A stretch of DNA of 64,000 bases from Patescibacteria group bacterium (GTDB lineage Bacteria > Patescibacteriota > Minisyncoccia > Phycocordibacterales > DATDWN01): assembly GCA_040384485.1 (NCBI GenBank), contig JAZKJH010000003.1:144979-208978 (forward strand), written 5' to 3'. Below the pieces are notes generated by a model. It was not told where the DNA came from. It did no database searches and worked only from the letters and a program-made list of their open reading frames with translations. Position numbers and translations under genes: made by a program. Positions 1 to 9,400 of this stretch are shown here, piece after piece. Each line of letters starts with the position of its first letter. Positions within the stretch are counted from its first letter, which is position 1.

Positions 1-167
1 TTCATATGCCAATACATATTTAAACCCATCATCATGTATATGTTTATTATAGGGTTTACTGCTAGTCCGATTATTAACCACTCTAGCAAAAATTGCGTTG
101 CATCAGCCAAAACAGCTATACATCCAAGCATTATCCATGCAATTTTACTAATTTCTCCTTTTTTCAT
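1..167 (-). CDS. Partial small hydrophobic protein, runs off the window start. Possible pilin/VirB2-like component directly downstream of the VirB4-like ATPase.
   Basis: Reverse-strand ORF starting at ATG 165-167, translating MKKGEISKIAWIMLGCIAVLADATQFLLEWLIIGLAVNPII...; two hydrophobic segments; begins right after the stop of the upstream ATPase gene; no stop codon before the window edge. Confidence 0.35.
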   Translation of the reverse strand, partial: MKKGEISKIAWIMLGCIAVLADATQFLLEWLIIGLAVNPIINIYMMMGLNMYWHM

Positions 168-174
168 AGCGTTT

Positions 175-1989
175 TTATTTACCAGCTTGCTCTAGCTCGT
201 CCTTAGCTTTTTTAATAGACAGTATTTGAGATGGGTCAGAGGTAATAATCTGTTCCTCTGTGTAAGAGGCTATGATTTTTACAGCAACATGTTTTAATCC
301 AGCAAAGAAAATACCCTCCCCTACATCCGATTCCAGTAACAGATATTTTTCCTCATCTGTTAAGTTAAAGGTTTGTTGGAGCTTGTCTATTGAGGTCGGC
401 GACTGTTTCAAAAGGATTTGAATAGAAGAGTTGGTGATAATAGGAACTCCATATGGTGACTTCATAAAGTCGTCCACATCTTGAGTGATGGTGGCAAGTC
501 CTAAGTAGTATTTTCTTCCTCTTTTTGCAAGAGAAAGCAAGAAAGATGCTGTATCTTCTGACTTCATCATCCACCAAGCCTCATCAATTACCAAAAGGCG
601 CTTCTTTAGTTTCTTTCGAACCATATTCCATATATAGTGCATAACTATATACATCGCCACCGGCTTAAGCTCATCCTCCATGTCTCGAAGTGAGAAAACT
701 ACAAATTTTTTGTTGATGTCTACGTTTGATGGTTTGTTTATGAAACCTGCCCAGGTACCTCTAGTGTATTTGGTCAGTCTTTGTGCCAATGAGTCCCCAC
801 CCTCCATTCCTGAAAGTACCAGTTCGAAGTCAGACATAAGTGGTGGTTCTATGTTAGAAAAGTTTGAGTCCGCAGTGATATCCTTTAACGCATAGGTTTC
901 AGTAATAGCTCGATCAATTATCGCGTCTTCTTCTGGAGTTAATCCTCCCATCATGATGCGGAATAGACCCACCAGGTTTATGATGTTTGAGCGAAGTACA
1001 CTAGAGAAAGACTCCCCTTCTCCTGGAGGAGGAAGTTCAAAAGGGTTTATGTGGTGTTCAGAGTTTAGAGATATATTAAAATATCTACCCCCAACTGTTT
1101 CTGCCAAGTATTCATATTCTTTTTCTGGGTCTAGAACTATCACATCTGTATCGAACATAAGAGTACGAAGGATTTCCAGTTTTGTTCCAAAAGATTTACC
1201 TGCACCTGATTTTGCAAAAGTAATAGAGTTGTAGTTTTCTAGTGAAAAACGGTCGAATAGAACCAAGGATGAGTTGTGGCGGTTTATTCCATACAAAATA
1301 CCCTTGTCTGACGTAAGGTCGAAAGATACAAATGGAAACAAAGAAGAAAGAGGTGAAGAGTTTAACTTGCTGTATACCTGCAACTCGTCTGTACCTATTG
1401 GCATAGTAGTTTTGAAAGCCTGTTCTTGTTGAAAAAGCGCTGGTTTTATATAAATAAGCTTAGCTTCAAGAATGGATTTTATCTCTGATTCGGTCTTATC
1501 TAACTCGTTGTCGGATTCTCCATAGATAGTGATATATAACCCCACATCAAAAAGTTTTTCTTGGGCCTGTTGTAGCTGGTCTCGCAAACCCTCTAAGTCT
1601 TGGTAGGCGGTGTCTAGCATAGGGTTTCGTACCAAACCCTTCGCTTCCCTAGCGTTTATCTGGCTCTGGACCTCCGCAACTTTCTTCTGAAAAGTTCTTA
1701 AAACTTGTGACGTTTCTATTGGTTGGACAAAAATAGAAACATCAAATATTTTGTCCAAGTTAATTATAGGAGAAAACCAATTTTCAGAAAGAAATCTAGG
1801 GTAAGAAATAACAAAGAAACTTCGGAGTATCTTTTCTCCAAGATTTATTTCTTTTGGTGTTACCTCTATAGCGCTGGGAGCAATGATATCTTTGAGTTCA
1901 AGATTCTGCGAATCATAGACCTCTTGTGGAAGTATGGTTGAGATATCTTGCTCTTTTGCTTTTGGTGATAAAAAGTCTAATAGTCCCAT
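175..1989 (-). CDS. virB4: VirB4/TraC/TrbE-family conjugation/T4SS ATPase (C-terminal ATPase part)
   Basis: 604-aa ORF with Walker A (AKSGAGKS) and a DEAW-type Walker B (LLVIDEAWWMM), typical of VirB4/TraC ATPases; coding-like composition across the whole length. Confidence 0.8.
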   Translation of the reverse strand: MGLLDFLSPKAKEQDISTILPQEVYDSQNLELKDIIAPSAIEVTPKEINLGEKILRSFFVISYPRFLSENWFSPIINLDKIFDVSIFVQPIETSQVLRTFQKKVAEVQSQINAREAKGLVRNPMLDTAYQDLEGLRDQLQQAQEKLFDVGLYITIYGESDNELDKTESEIKSILEAKLIYIKPALFQQEQAFKTTMPIGTDELQVYSKLNSSPLSSLFPFVSFDLTSDKGILYGINRHNSSLVLFDRFSLENYNSITFAKSGAGKSFGTKLEILRTLMFDTDVIVLDPEKEYEYLAETVGGRYFNISLNSEHHINPFELPPPGEGESFSSVLRSNIINLVGLFRIMMGGLTPEEDAIIDRAITETYALKDITADSNFSNIEPPLMSDFELVLSGMEGGDSLAQRLTKYTRGTWAGFINKPSNVDINKKFVVFSLRDMEDELKPVAMYIVMHYIWNMVRKKLKKRLLVIDEAWWMMKSEDTASFLLSLAKRGRKYYLGLATITQDVDDFMKSPYGVPIITNSSIQILLKQSPTSIDKLQQTFNLTDEEKYLLLESDVGEGIFFAGLKHVAVKIIASYTEEQIITSDPSQILSIKKAKDELEQAGK

Positions 1990-1990
1990 G

Positions 1991-2632
1991 TTAATTTGTT
2001 TTAATTGGCTTTTCTGTGTCCCCAGGATTGAAGAGTTTATAGAATAATTCTATCACCTCTTCTGTCCCGAGTCGTATAACTCGTATTCCACAACGAGATA
2101 GACCCTGCTCAACTACTGCTACTCTCTGTTCCAACTGAGTCCGGTTTTCTTCAAAGTTTGCTCGTTTGTTTTCCGCTTCCTCCGAACTACTTTTCTTTTT
2201 TAACATACTAAAAGGGCTACCACCCTTTTTTACATTTACAATAGCTGGGTCATATGAAACCACAACAAAAAAACTTTTTGTCATTATGTTGGTTGACTCA
2301 GTAAACTTCTTGACGAATTCTATGTATTCCCTGGTTTGGATTTTCATCAGCTCATTCATTTGTTCTTTGTAACGGTCCTCAAGTAGGGCTATGTAAGGCC
2401 GTATATCCAGTCGTCGTGACTCAACTACTATTTGGATAGGAAAATCTAGAGAGTTGAGAAAATCCTGATATTGCATAATAATCGCATTTCTTTCATCCTC
2501 AGATTTCAAGCTAAAGTTCAAAGATGATGCGAGCACCACCCCACGCATTGAACCATCTTTTAAAACAACTACGCCATCGCGCACTTCTTTTATTGGAACA
2601 AAGTCTTGAGTTGCTTTGGAGGTTACTGGCAT
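1991..2632 (-). CDS. VirB4 N-terminal-domain-like protein (separate ORF, 1-nt gap to the ATPase ORF)
   Basis: 213-aa ORF beginning MPVTSKATQDFVPIKEVRDGVVVLKDGSMRGVV, which resembles the N-terminus of Gram-positive-type VirB4/TraC proteins. Its TAA stop, one C, then the ATG of the ATPase ORF (TAAcATG); the two ORFs are in different frames. Confidence 0.5.
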   Translation of the reverse strand: MPVTSKATQDFVPIKEVRDGVVVLKDGSMRGVVLASSLNFSLKSEDERNAIIMQYQDFLNSLDFPIQIVVESRRLDIRPYIALLEDRYKEQMNELMKIQTREYIEFVKKFTESTNIMTKSFFVVVSYDPAIVNVKKGGSPFSMLKKKSSSEEAENKRANFEENRTQLEQRVAVVEQGLSRCGIRVIRLGTEEVIELFYKLFNPGDTEKPIKTN

Positions 2633-2699
2633 GTTTTTATTATAACACAGTAAAAATTTCTACTTCCTGATTTATAAACAAAAATTCAATTTAAAGTCT

Positions 2700-3134
2700 T
2701 TATTTAGTGGTTTTTCCACCATCCTTTGTTAGTGGGTTAAGGTTTTCGTTTATATCCAATGACCATGAAAGCTCTTTTAATTTACTATCAGAAAGTCTAG
2801 GAACGTAAACTTGGCTGTAGTTCTCCTCCACTTTTTTTACAGTTTCAATTTTTTTCTCCTGTTTTTTCCAAATATATAAGTTATTTTTAGTATAAAAAGT
2901 AAAAGCTGACTCTAGAAAGTCTATAAAAGGCTTGTTGTTTATCCTGTAGAATGCCAATGCTAGTGATAACGGAGCTATTATAGCGACAAGGATGATTGCT
3001 ATAAACAAAGGAAAAAAAGAATACATAATAAATGACATACCTGCTCCACCAACTAAGTACACAAACTGTTTTACAGTTAGTGGTCCTATCACCTTATCTT
3101 CTATTTCTATAAATTGTGGGACTTGGTATCGCAT
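2700..3134 (-). CDS. PrgI/VirB3-like small membrane protein
   Basis: 144 aa; the N-terminus MRYQVPQFIEIEDKVIGPLTVKQFVYLVGGAGMSF matches the PrgI-family pattern and is followed by two TM helices; sits directly upstream of the VirB4-like genes. Confidence 0.55.
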   Translation of the reverse strand: MRYQVPQFIEIEDKVIGPLTVKQFVYLVGGAGMSFIMYSFFPLFIAIILVAIIAPLSLALAFYRINNKPFIDFLESAFTFYTKNNLYIWKKQEKKIETVKKVEENYSQVYVPRLSDSKLKELSWSLDINENLNPLTKDGGKTTK

Positions 3135-3146
3135 TTTTTCAAATAT

Positions 3147-4145
3147 TTATTCTAATGGTTCTCTGTATGGATCCACGGCATAGCTATGGGTCGGCTTCAC
3201 AGTTTCAGCAACTTGTTTCTGTATTATAGCAGGATTTTCTATAGATTTTGTTTGTATAGGTGGAGTAGTTGTGTTTTTTGCTACTAGGTCTGGAGTAGTT
3301 TTTGGCAAAGGAACAGCTTCAGGACCAGCAGCAGGAATAACTTCATCATCGATATCTTTTGGTGCAGTAAATCTTGGAACAGGAACCGGCTGTTCTACTT
3401 TTTCTTCAATAAAATCTTTTGGTTTATAGTGAATACGATTTTCGGATGTCTTAGGTGCCTCTTGCAGTATTTTGCTTGAAGCGCTAACCATATTCTTCTC
3501 CACAAAAACAGGAGGAGTTGTTTTTTGTGGCACAAACCTTGGTGCATGATGTTTTGGTGCTACAGATACTTTTGGCTCAAGAATTTTTACACTCTCCCCC
3601 TTTTCCACCATGGGCATAATATTTGGCCTTATTTCTGGGATAGATGTAACTGGTTTTGTAATTTGAGTATGAAGTGGGGGTTTTTGTTGCTGCAGCTGTG
3701 TAGTAGGTTTTGGAGTGTTTGTTTGAGCTATGTCAGGCCTTTCAGCTACGGGACTCACCTGCTCAGTTTTTAGAAGTGGTGAGGGTTTTGAGTCCTCGCT
3801 TTCTTGGGGGGTAGGCGTTTCTGTTTTTGATGTTTTTCTTTCTACAGATTTTACGGCATATTCGAATACCCGTATTTCCAAGTCTTCAACAATCTGTTCA
3901 GATAAAAGTTTAGATATGCCTAACTCTGAAGGCATTAGTTTTATAAAATTTTCACCTTCGTCTATACCAATAAGCACAAACAGAACATTATCTGCCAGCG
4001 TTTCTGTTTGAGTGGGATTTAACGAATATTTTTTAGCGATACTCTCCGTTCTTTCTCTCCAAGATCCTTCAAAGATAAAATCCTGAACTGGTTTTGGCAG
4101 TTTTTGGAGGTAATCCGGCATGTTTTTTAGTGTTGTTTCATCCAT
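3147..4145 (-). CDS. Hypothetical protein with a ~100-aa N-terminal domain and a long Pro/Thr/Lys/Gln-rich, probably disordered, tail
   Basis: 332-aa ORF; low-complexity PT-rich C-terminal two thirds; tightly packed between the PrgI-like and VirB6-like genes (gaps of 9-13 nt). Confidence 0.5.
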   Translation of the reverse strand: MDETTLKNMPDYLQKLPKPVQDFIFEGSWRERTESIAKKYSLNPTQTETLADNVLFVLIGIDEGENFIKLMPSELGISKLLSEQIVEDLEIRVFEYAVKSVERKTSKTETPTPQESEDSKPSPLLKTEQVSPVAERPDIAQTNTPKPTTQLQQQKPPLHTQITKPVTSIPEIRPNIMPMVEKGESVKILEPKVSVAPKHHAPRFVPQKTTPPVFVEKNMVSASSKILQEAPKTSENRIHYKPKDFIEEKVEQPVPVPRFTAPKDIDDEVIPAAGPEAVPLPKTTPDLVAKNTTTPPIQTKSIENPAIIQKQVAETVKPTHSYAVDPYREPLE

Positions 4146-4153
4146 GTTGTATT

Positions 4154-6397
4154 TTAAGCAGTTGGTGTTGCAGGAGGGGTTTCTTTTGGTGCTGCAGCTT
4201 CTTCAGCTTTTGGCTTATCTGCATCAGACTCCTTAGCTTCTTCCTCTACTCTCTTCTTGGCCGCCTTCATGAGTTCTTCCATTGCTTTTTCTTCCTTACT
4301 CTTTCCTTGGAGAGCCTTTTTTGCAGCACTTGCAATTGCCCTTCTTTCACTCTGGTTTATTGGTGAGTTTGTAAGACCGGTTAATCCACCAATAAATTGA
4401 GCTGTACCCATAATACGTCCAGGATTAAGAGTTCTCTTTTCAACGGCTTCGACTCTATCAGTAAATACTTTCTTAAGCCTTGCAGCTTCAGATTTGTAGT
4501 TAGTTGCTTTGTTTTCCTCCGCCTTTTTAACAGCAGTCTCTGCGAGGGCAATATTTTCTCGCAATGTTTGCAAGCTATCTCTTTGTGACTTATTCCTGTT
4601 TTCTATTTGTTCTATTTGGTCTGCTATCTGCCTTCTCTCATCAGAATTTGTTGTTGATTGAAGGTTCATCCTCAACTCCTCTATTCTCGTCTCCCCTTCT
4701 TTTATAGATTTAGTTGCTGCTTTATTTTCTTCTTCCGCTTTCTTTTTTGCAGCCTCAGCAGCAGAGATTTCTGCATCAAATTTAGCCACTTCCACTTTGT
4801 CAGCGGCCTCCGCTTCCGCCTGCATATCCTCATTAGGTTTATATTTCTTAGCTGCTTCTTCAGCATCCTTTTTCTCCTTCTCCGCGATTGCCTTGAAGTT
4901 TAATTTCTTAGCGTCAGGAGCTTTGCCCATATCAACACCTGTTTGACTTATCAACGAAGACATTCCTGCTGAAGCTCTACCATCAAATGTGGCTGTTCTA
5001 GCTCTTTCTCCCCTATTCACTGTTATTTTCGCTAAGTTCCTTCCAACCAAACCTCCTGTTGCAGCTTTATCTTTCAAGTAATCACTGTTCGCTATCGCGT
5101 TACCTGCCCTTCCTATAGTGTTTCTACCAAGCGCTGCTGCACCTCCAAACACAGCTCCCCCAGCCAACTTACTTAATCGGCCAGTTGCTTGTCCAATAAG
5201 TTTTGAACCTTGGGTTGCAGAAGTTTTTGCCGTAATAAGGGTAAATATCGCTAAACCAATAATAATAGTGAAGTTAAAGAATAGAGATAGGAGGGACTGA
5301 GTTCCTATTGCCGCAGGACCTTGGGAAGCTCTAATAAAACCGTCACTAGAAAGCAGAGTAAGGACCACCCAGGTCATAAGCATAAACACTGGAGGAAAAA
5401 TGAGTTGTCCTTTCAAAGAGTCCCACCACTGGTTTGAGTAAGTTTTTATTGCTGGCAAGGCCATACCCATTATCGCAACAGGTGAAAGCATTAGTAATAC
5501 CAACAAAGTTACGTAACGGATTATAAAAAATATTGATATTGCAAAAAATACAAAAGAAGTAACTATAAACAGTATTGCACCCATAAGTTGTCCTACAAAC
5601 ACCTCCGGACCTGTACCGGCCACAGCAGCAAAAGTTTCACCTGAGTATATTTTATTCAAATCAAGTGCTTTCATGTACGCCACCGATAAACCAGAGATCG
5701 CCTCTCTGCTAGTATCACCCCCACCAGGTACAGAGAGTCTATCAGTTTCGTCCAATATGGCATTGTATAAGCCAATAGTTACTGCATTTGATGCGTCTAT
5801 CATAACTTTAGTGAAGAATAGTGAAAAGTTTACTAAGAGGGATGCAAGAACAAGAAAGCCCACAAACTTTTTCACATAATCTGTGCTAATCTGACCGATA
5901 ATCATCTGTATTCCATGCCAAACAAGCATGAATATAAAGACAATGTTTATCATGTCACGGATCAGTTTCCAGCCGGTATTTATACCTTCGAATTGATTAA
6001 TGCTGGTGGACATATCCATGATGGTTATATCCAAAACCATGTTCAATAAGCTTCCTGCCAGCCACAATATTCCAGAAGTTATACCAAGGATAAGTACACC
6101 AATACTTTCCAAGAAACAACCAAAAATCCATGTGGAAGGGCGGTAAAAAGTACAACCATCGCTAGGACCAGGCTGATTTGCCGCTCTCACCTCATTAACA
6201 GCTTCATCCGATCCGTCTTCGTCAAGTATGCATACCCAATTTGGGCCATCCAGGTCTCCATAGTTTACATATTTTCCAGGCTTGCCACCCTCGCCAGTAC
6301 AAGCCTGGCCGTTTACCTGGGCTAAGGAACTAGTAAAAGGAAAAAGTATTCCCGAAAAAACTATTCCTATAAAAATGTAACTGAAAAACTTTTTCAT
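4154..6397 (-). CDS. VirB6/TrbL-like polytopic membrane protein with a long C-terminal coiled-coil / KA-rich tail
   Basis: 747 aa; N-terminal signal/TM, then ~8 hydrophobic helices in the first ~430 aa, then an Ala/Lys/Glu-rich coiled-coil region. This architecture and its position next to a VirB4-like gene match VirB6-type channel subunits. Confidence 0.55.
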   Translation of the reverse strand: MKKFFSYIFIGIVFSGILFPFTSSLAQVNGQACTGEGGKPGKYVNYGDLDGPNWVCILDEDGSDEAVNEVRAANQPGPSDGCTFYRPSTWIFGCFLESIGVLILGITSGILWLAGSLLNMVLDITIMDMSTSINQFEGINTGWKLIRDMINIVFIFMLVWHGIQMIIGQISTDYVKKFVGFLVLASLLVNFSLFFTKVMIDASNAVTIGLYNAILDETDRLSVPGGGDTSREAISGLSVAYMKALDLNKIYSGETFAAVAGTGPEVFVGQLMGAILFIVTSFVFFAISIFFIIRYVTLLVLLMLSPVAIMGMALPAIKTYSNQWWDSLKGQLIFPPVFMLMTWVVLTLLSSDGFIRASQGPAAIGTQSLLSLFFNFTIIIGLAIFTLITAKTSATQGSKLIGQATGRLSKLAGGAVFGGAAALGRNTIGRAGNAIANSDYLKDKAATGGLVGRNLAKITVNRGERARTATFDGRASAGMSSLISQTGVDMGKAPDAKKLNFKAIAEKEKKDAEEAAKKYKPNEDMQAEAEAADKVEVAKFDAEISAAEAAKKKAEEENKAATKSIKEGETRIEELRMNLQSTTNSDERRQIADQIEQIENRNKSQRDSLQTLRENIALAETAVKKAEENKATNYKSEAARLKKVFTDRVEAVEKRTLNPGRIMGTAQFIGGLTGLTNSPINQSERRAIASAAKKALQGKSKEEKAMEELMKAAKKRVEEEAKESDADKPKAEEAAAPKETPPATPTA

Positions 6398-6400
6398 TTA

Positions 6401-9400
6401 TTATTTTTTACTAAAAGTTGCAACTCTCACTGTTGGGTTCCATGTGGCTACAGCATAATTTCCAGCACCATCTGTGGCTGCGTGAGGGGTGTGTGTTCTC
6501 TGATTCTCCCACAAGTTAAATTCTGATGACAGTGAGTTGTTGAATCTACCCACTACGCCATTATCGTCATGCGGTGTCACATCCGCTGCTACAGTTAAGT
6601 CCCCTGCATACCAAGAATTAAGTCCCCATGTTAATGCAGTTCTATCTGTATCAATCATTGTTACCACACCAGTAGACGATATTCTAGCTATTCCTGTTGG
6701 TAACCAATTTCGTATAAAAGTAGAAGACCCTCCAGTGAGTAGTCTTCTGTATACTTTGCTATCTGTACAGTTTGTACCTTCACATTTTTGCCATGCAATG
6801 TAGCCGTTCCCTACAGCCACTGGGTCATTGCCTACTGCAGGGCCAAGAGACTCTATTGAGTCAGTGCTTTTTTTCCATAACTTTATGTCTTCGCCGGATG
6901 ACTCCCCATCTCTAAATGCCAACCATAATGTGTTGCTACTGACTGTAAGTCTAGGGAATCCCCCAGCACCGGAATTTAGAGTAAATATTTTTTCTGTTTT
7001 TTGGTCACCGAGGTTTTTATCAAAACTAAAAAGATTAATAGCTAGATTGTTTGCACTTCGAAACGCGACATATAGTCTGTTTTGAAACCAAACAACATCA
7101 GGAAAAGAACCTACTCCCAAATCTTTATAATTTGGAGTTGAAATAGTTTGTGTCGATGCAACTGCGTTTCCTAGATTAGGAGCAAACCTTGTTATTCCAT
7201 ACTCGTAAGCTGATGTTGCAGAAAATGTTCCATCCGTGGTGTTGGCAGCTATGGTTGGCGAGAAGTTGCCGTAACCTCCTGCAAAAGCCACACCTTCAGA
7301 AACTTTTACTCCATTAGAGTTAAGTATTACAAAGGTATTTCCTGCATTGTGTGGGTTTTGCCCGATAGACGCGTACTGGTTGGACTTTGGGTTGTAAGCA
7401 AGGCTGTGCCCAGACGCTGCAGAGTTTAGGGTAATTGTCGAACCAGCCACACTACCATTACAACTAGTCATAAACTTCCCTTTTGCCCCGTTTGTTCCAG
7501 ACCAACCAACCAAGTATTTATTATTAACTGAGTTATATACAATACTCATCATTACCACAGTAGCGTTTGCTCCGGACTCTGAATACACTACAGTTTCTGG
7601 ACCAACTGTTCCTGTCAATGCATTGACAGTCCGTGCTCTGATAGAAGGGTTCCATGTAGCCGATGCTCCCGTGCCGGTGCTGTATCCTCTTTGGTATATA
7701 ACGCAGTATTCGTTCGTGCTCTCCTTTATTGCAACAGCAGGATCTCCTCTTCCATCGTCTTCAGCTACAGTAGAAAGAGAGCTTGTTAGGTTTATTCTCG
7801 GACCAACTTCTCCAGTCGTACTTATTGTTCTTAAATTAGAATGTCGTCCTGGTTTTACTGTCTGCCATACGTATACAAATTTTTTATTTTTTGAGTCGTA
7901 CTGCATAGGCGAGTTTGAATAAAACATTGAGGAGTCGTTTGGATAGCTAGTGTCAGAATGGACCAAGAAAGGACTACCAGAAAATGTTCCATCAGGGTTA
8001 ATAAAACGCCCCATAATATTTGAAGTTGTGGTTTTGTCACCATCATCCCAAGCTAACCAAACAACTAAATATTTGTTTATATCTTTTGAGTAAGCTACTT
8101 TTGGTCCTCCGGAATGCCCGCTTGTAATTGTTATTTGTCCCCCAACAGATGTTCCATCGTTGTTCATTATTTTCCCATATGTTCCGTTGGCAGATGTTCC
8201 TGCACTAACTACCAACCAGGTATTGTTGGTAGTGTTGTGTGCCAAGTTTCCACCCCAACCACCACTCGCGTTATATGAAGGAACAGTTGCTGTACCTCCC
8301 CCGCCACCACCAGGAGTGTTGGTTATCTGAATTAATTTACCATTCGAGAAAACCATTTCATTGGCAGGATTTCTTCCGATGTAAACTTTTACTGTTGCAT
8401 TTCCTACAGGAATACTGGTTGGAACTAAAGCAGTTGTTTGAGTTTTTGTGGAATTTACTGTTCCTGCAACAGACTCTCTGTTACCAGCACCATCAAAAAA
8501 CGAAACCTGATTTGTTAAGTCTGTTCCCGTTATTGTGATAGTTGTAGCTCCGGGTTTTGCAGACGAAGGCGAAACAGAGGTAATAAAAGCAGTTCCAGGG
8601 TTTGGATTGGTTTCCTCATCATCCCCACCATCTTCATCTTCTTCATCTGGTCCACCGGTACTTTCTCTACATCCACAATCATCCCCTCCACCTGCAGTAG
8701 TACAATCCATAGGAACAAATCCTTCAAAGTTTGTTTGACCCGCAGTCGCTATGGTCGCAGCTGCACCATTGATAGCGTCATACCTTTCCATGTATTCTTC
8801 TCCATCCCTCCATACAGCAATGATATCTCCCGTGGAAGGGTTATTGTTTCCATTCAGTACTTCGTCTGTGGCATTGAATCCTCTAGAAATAAGTTTTTCT
8901 TCTACAAGAGCTAGAAATCTTCTGGCATTCACTCTGCCACCCGATTCTATGTTTGGAAGGTCTGCTATGTCAGGATTTTCAGAAAGAACGGCATCCATAG
9001 CTGAACCCAAATCAGAGGCATACTTGTTTCCTGTGTCAGCACATTGACCGCCCGATGTACCAGGAACTTCATTCCCTATCCTACATCGCATAACACCAGT
9101 GTCGGGGTCAGTAAGACAAGTGAAAGTGTCCTCAGGATCGTTGACAGGCATTCTAATTGGTTGAGGTTCAGGGGCGTTTTGGAAGTCATCAATAAAGGAG
9201 TTTCCAGTCGAACCTGGTTGGCTCGTTCCTCGAAGTCCTCCTCCGTTTCCACTACCACCTACAACTCGTTCTATTAGTTGTCCAACTAACGCCCCTACAA
9301 TTTCTGTTATTTCATCGGCTGCTCCAAGTCTTTCCCAAGAAGAACCTAAACTTTTAGTAAGTTGCCCGTTGATTACTGATCCAGGAGTAACAACCTCTTT

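Noticed and set aside
4154-6397. The Ala/Lys/Glu-rich C-terminal tail of the VirB6-like protein considered as a separate gene or a TolA/TonB-like protein
   Set aside because: It is one uninterrupted frame with the N-terminal polytopic domain and has no TonB box or separate start/RBS, so it is kept as one protein.
6537-9277. Numerous 60-100-aa plus-strand ORFs inside the giant minus-strand gene, and similar antisense ORFs inside pcrA, the ABC transporters, comM, rny and others
   Set aside because: All lie entirely within long, well-supported genes on the opposite strand or in another frame, have low-complexity or Ser/Leu/Phe-rich translations and no ribosome-binding sites; they are shadow ORFs.
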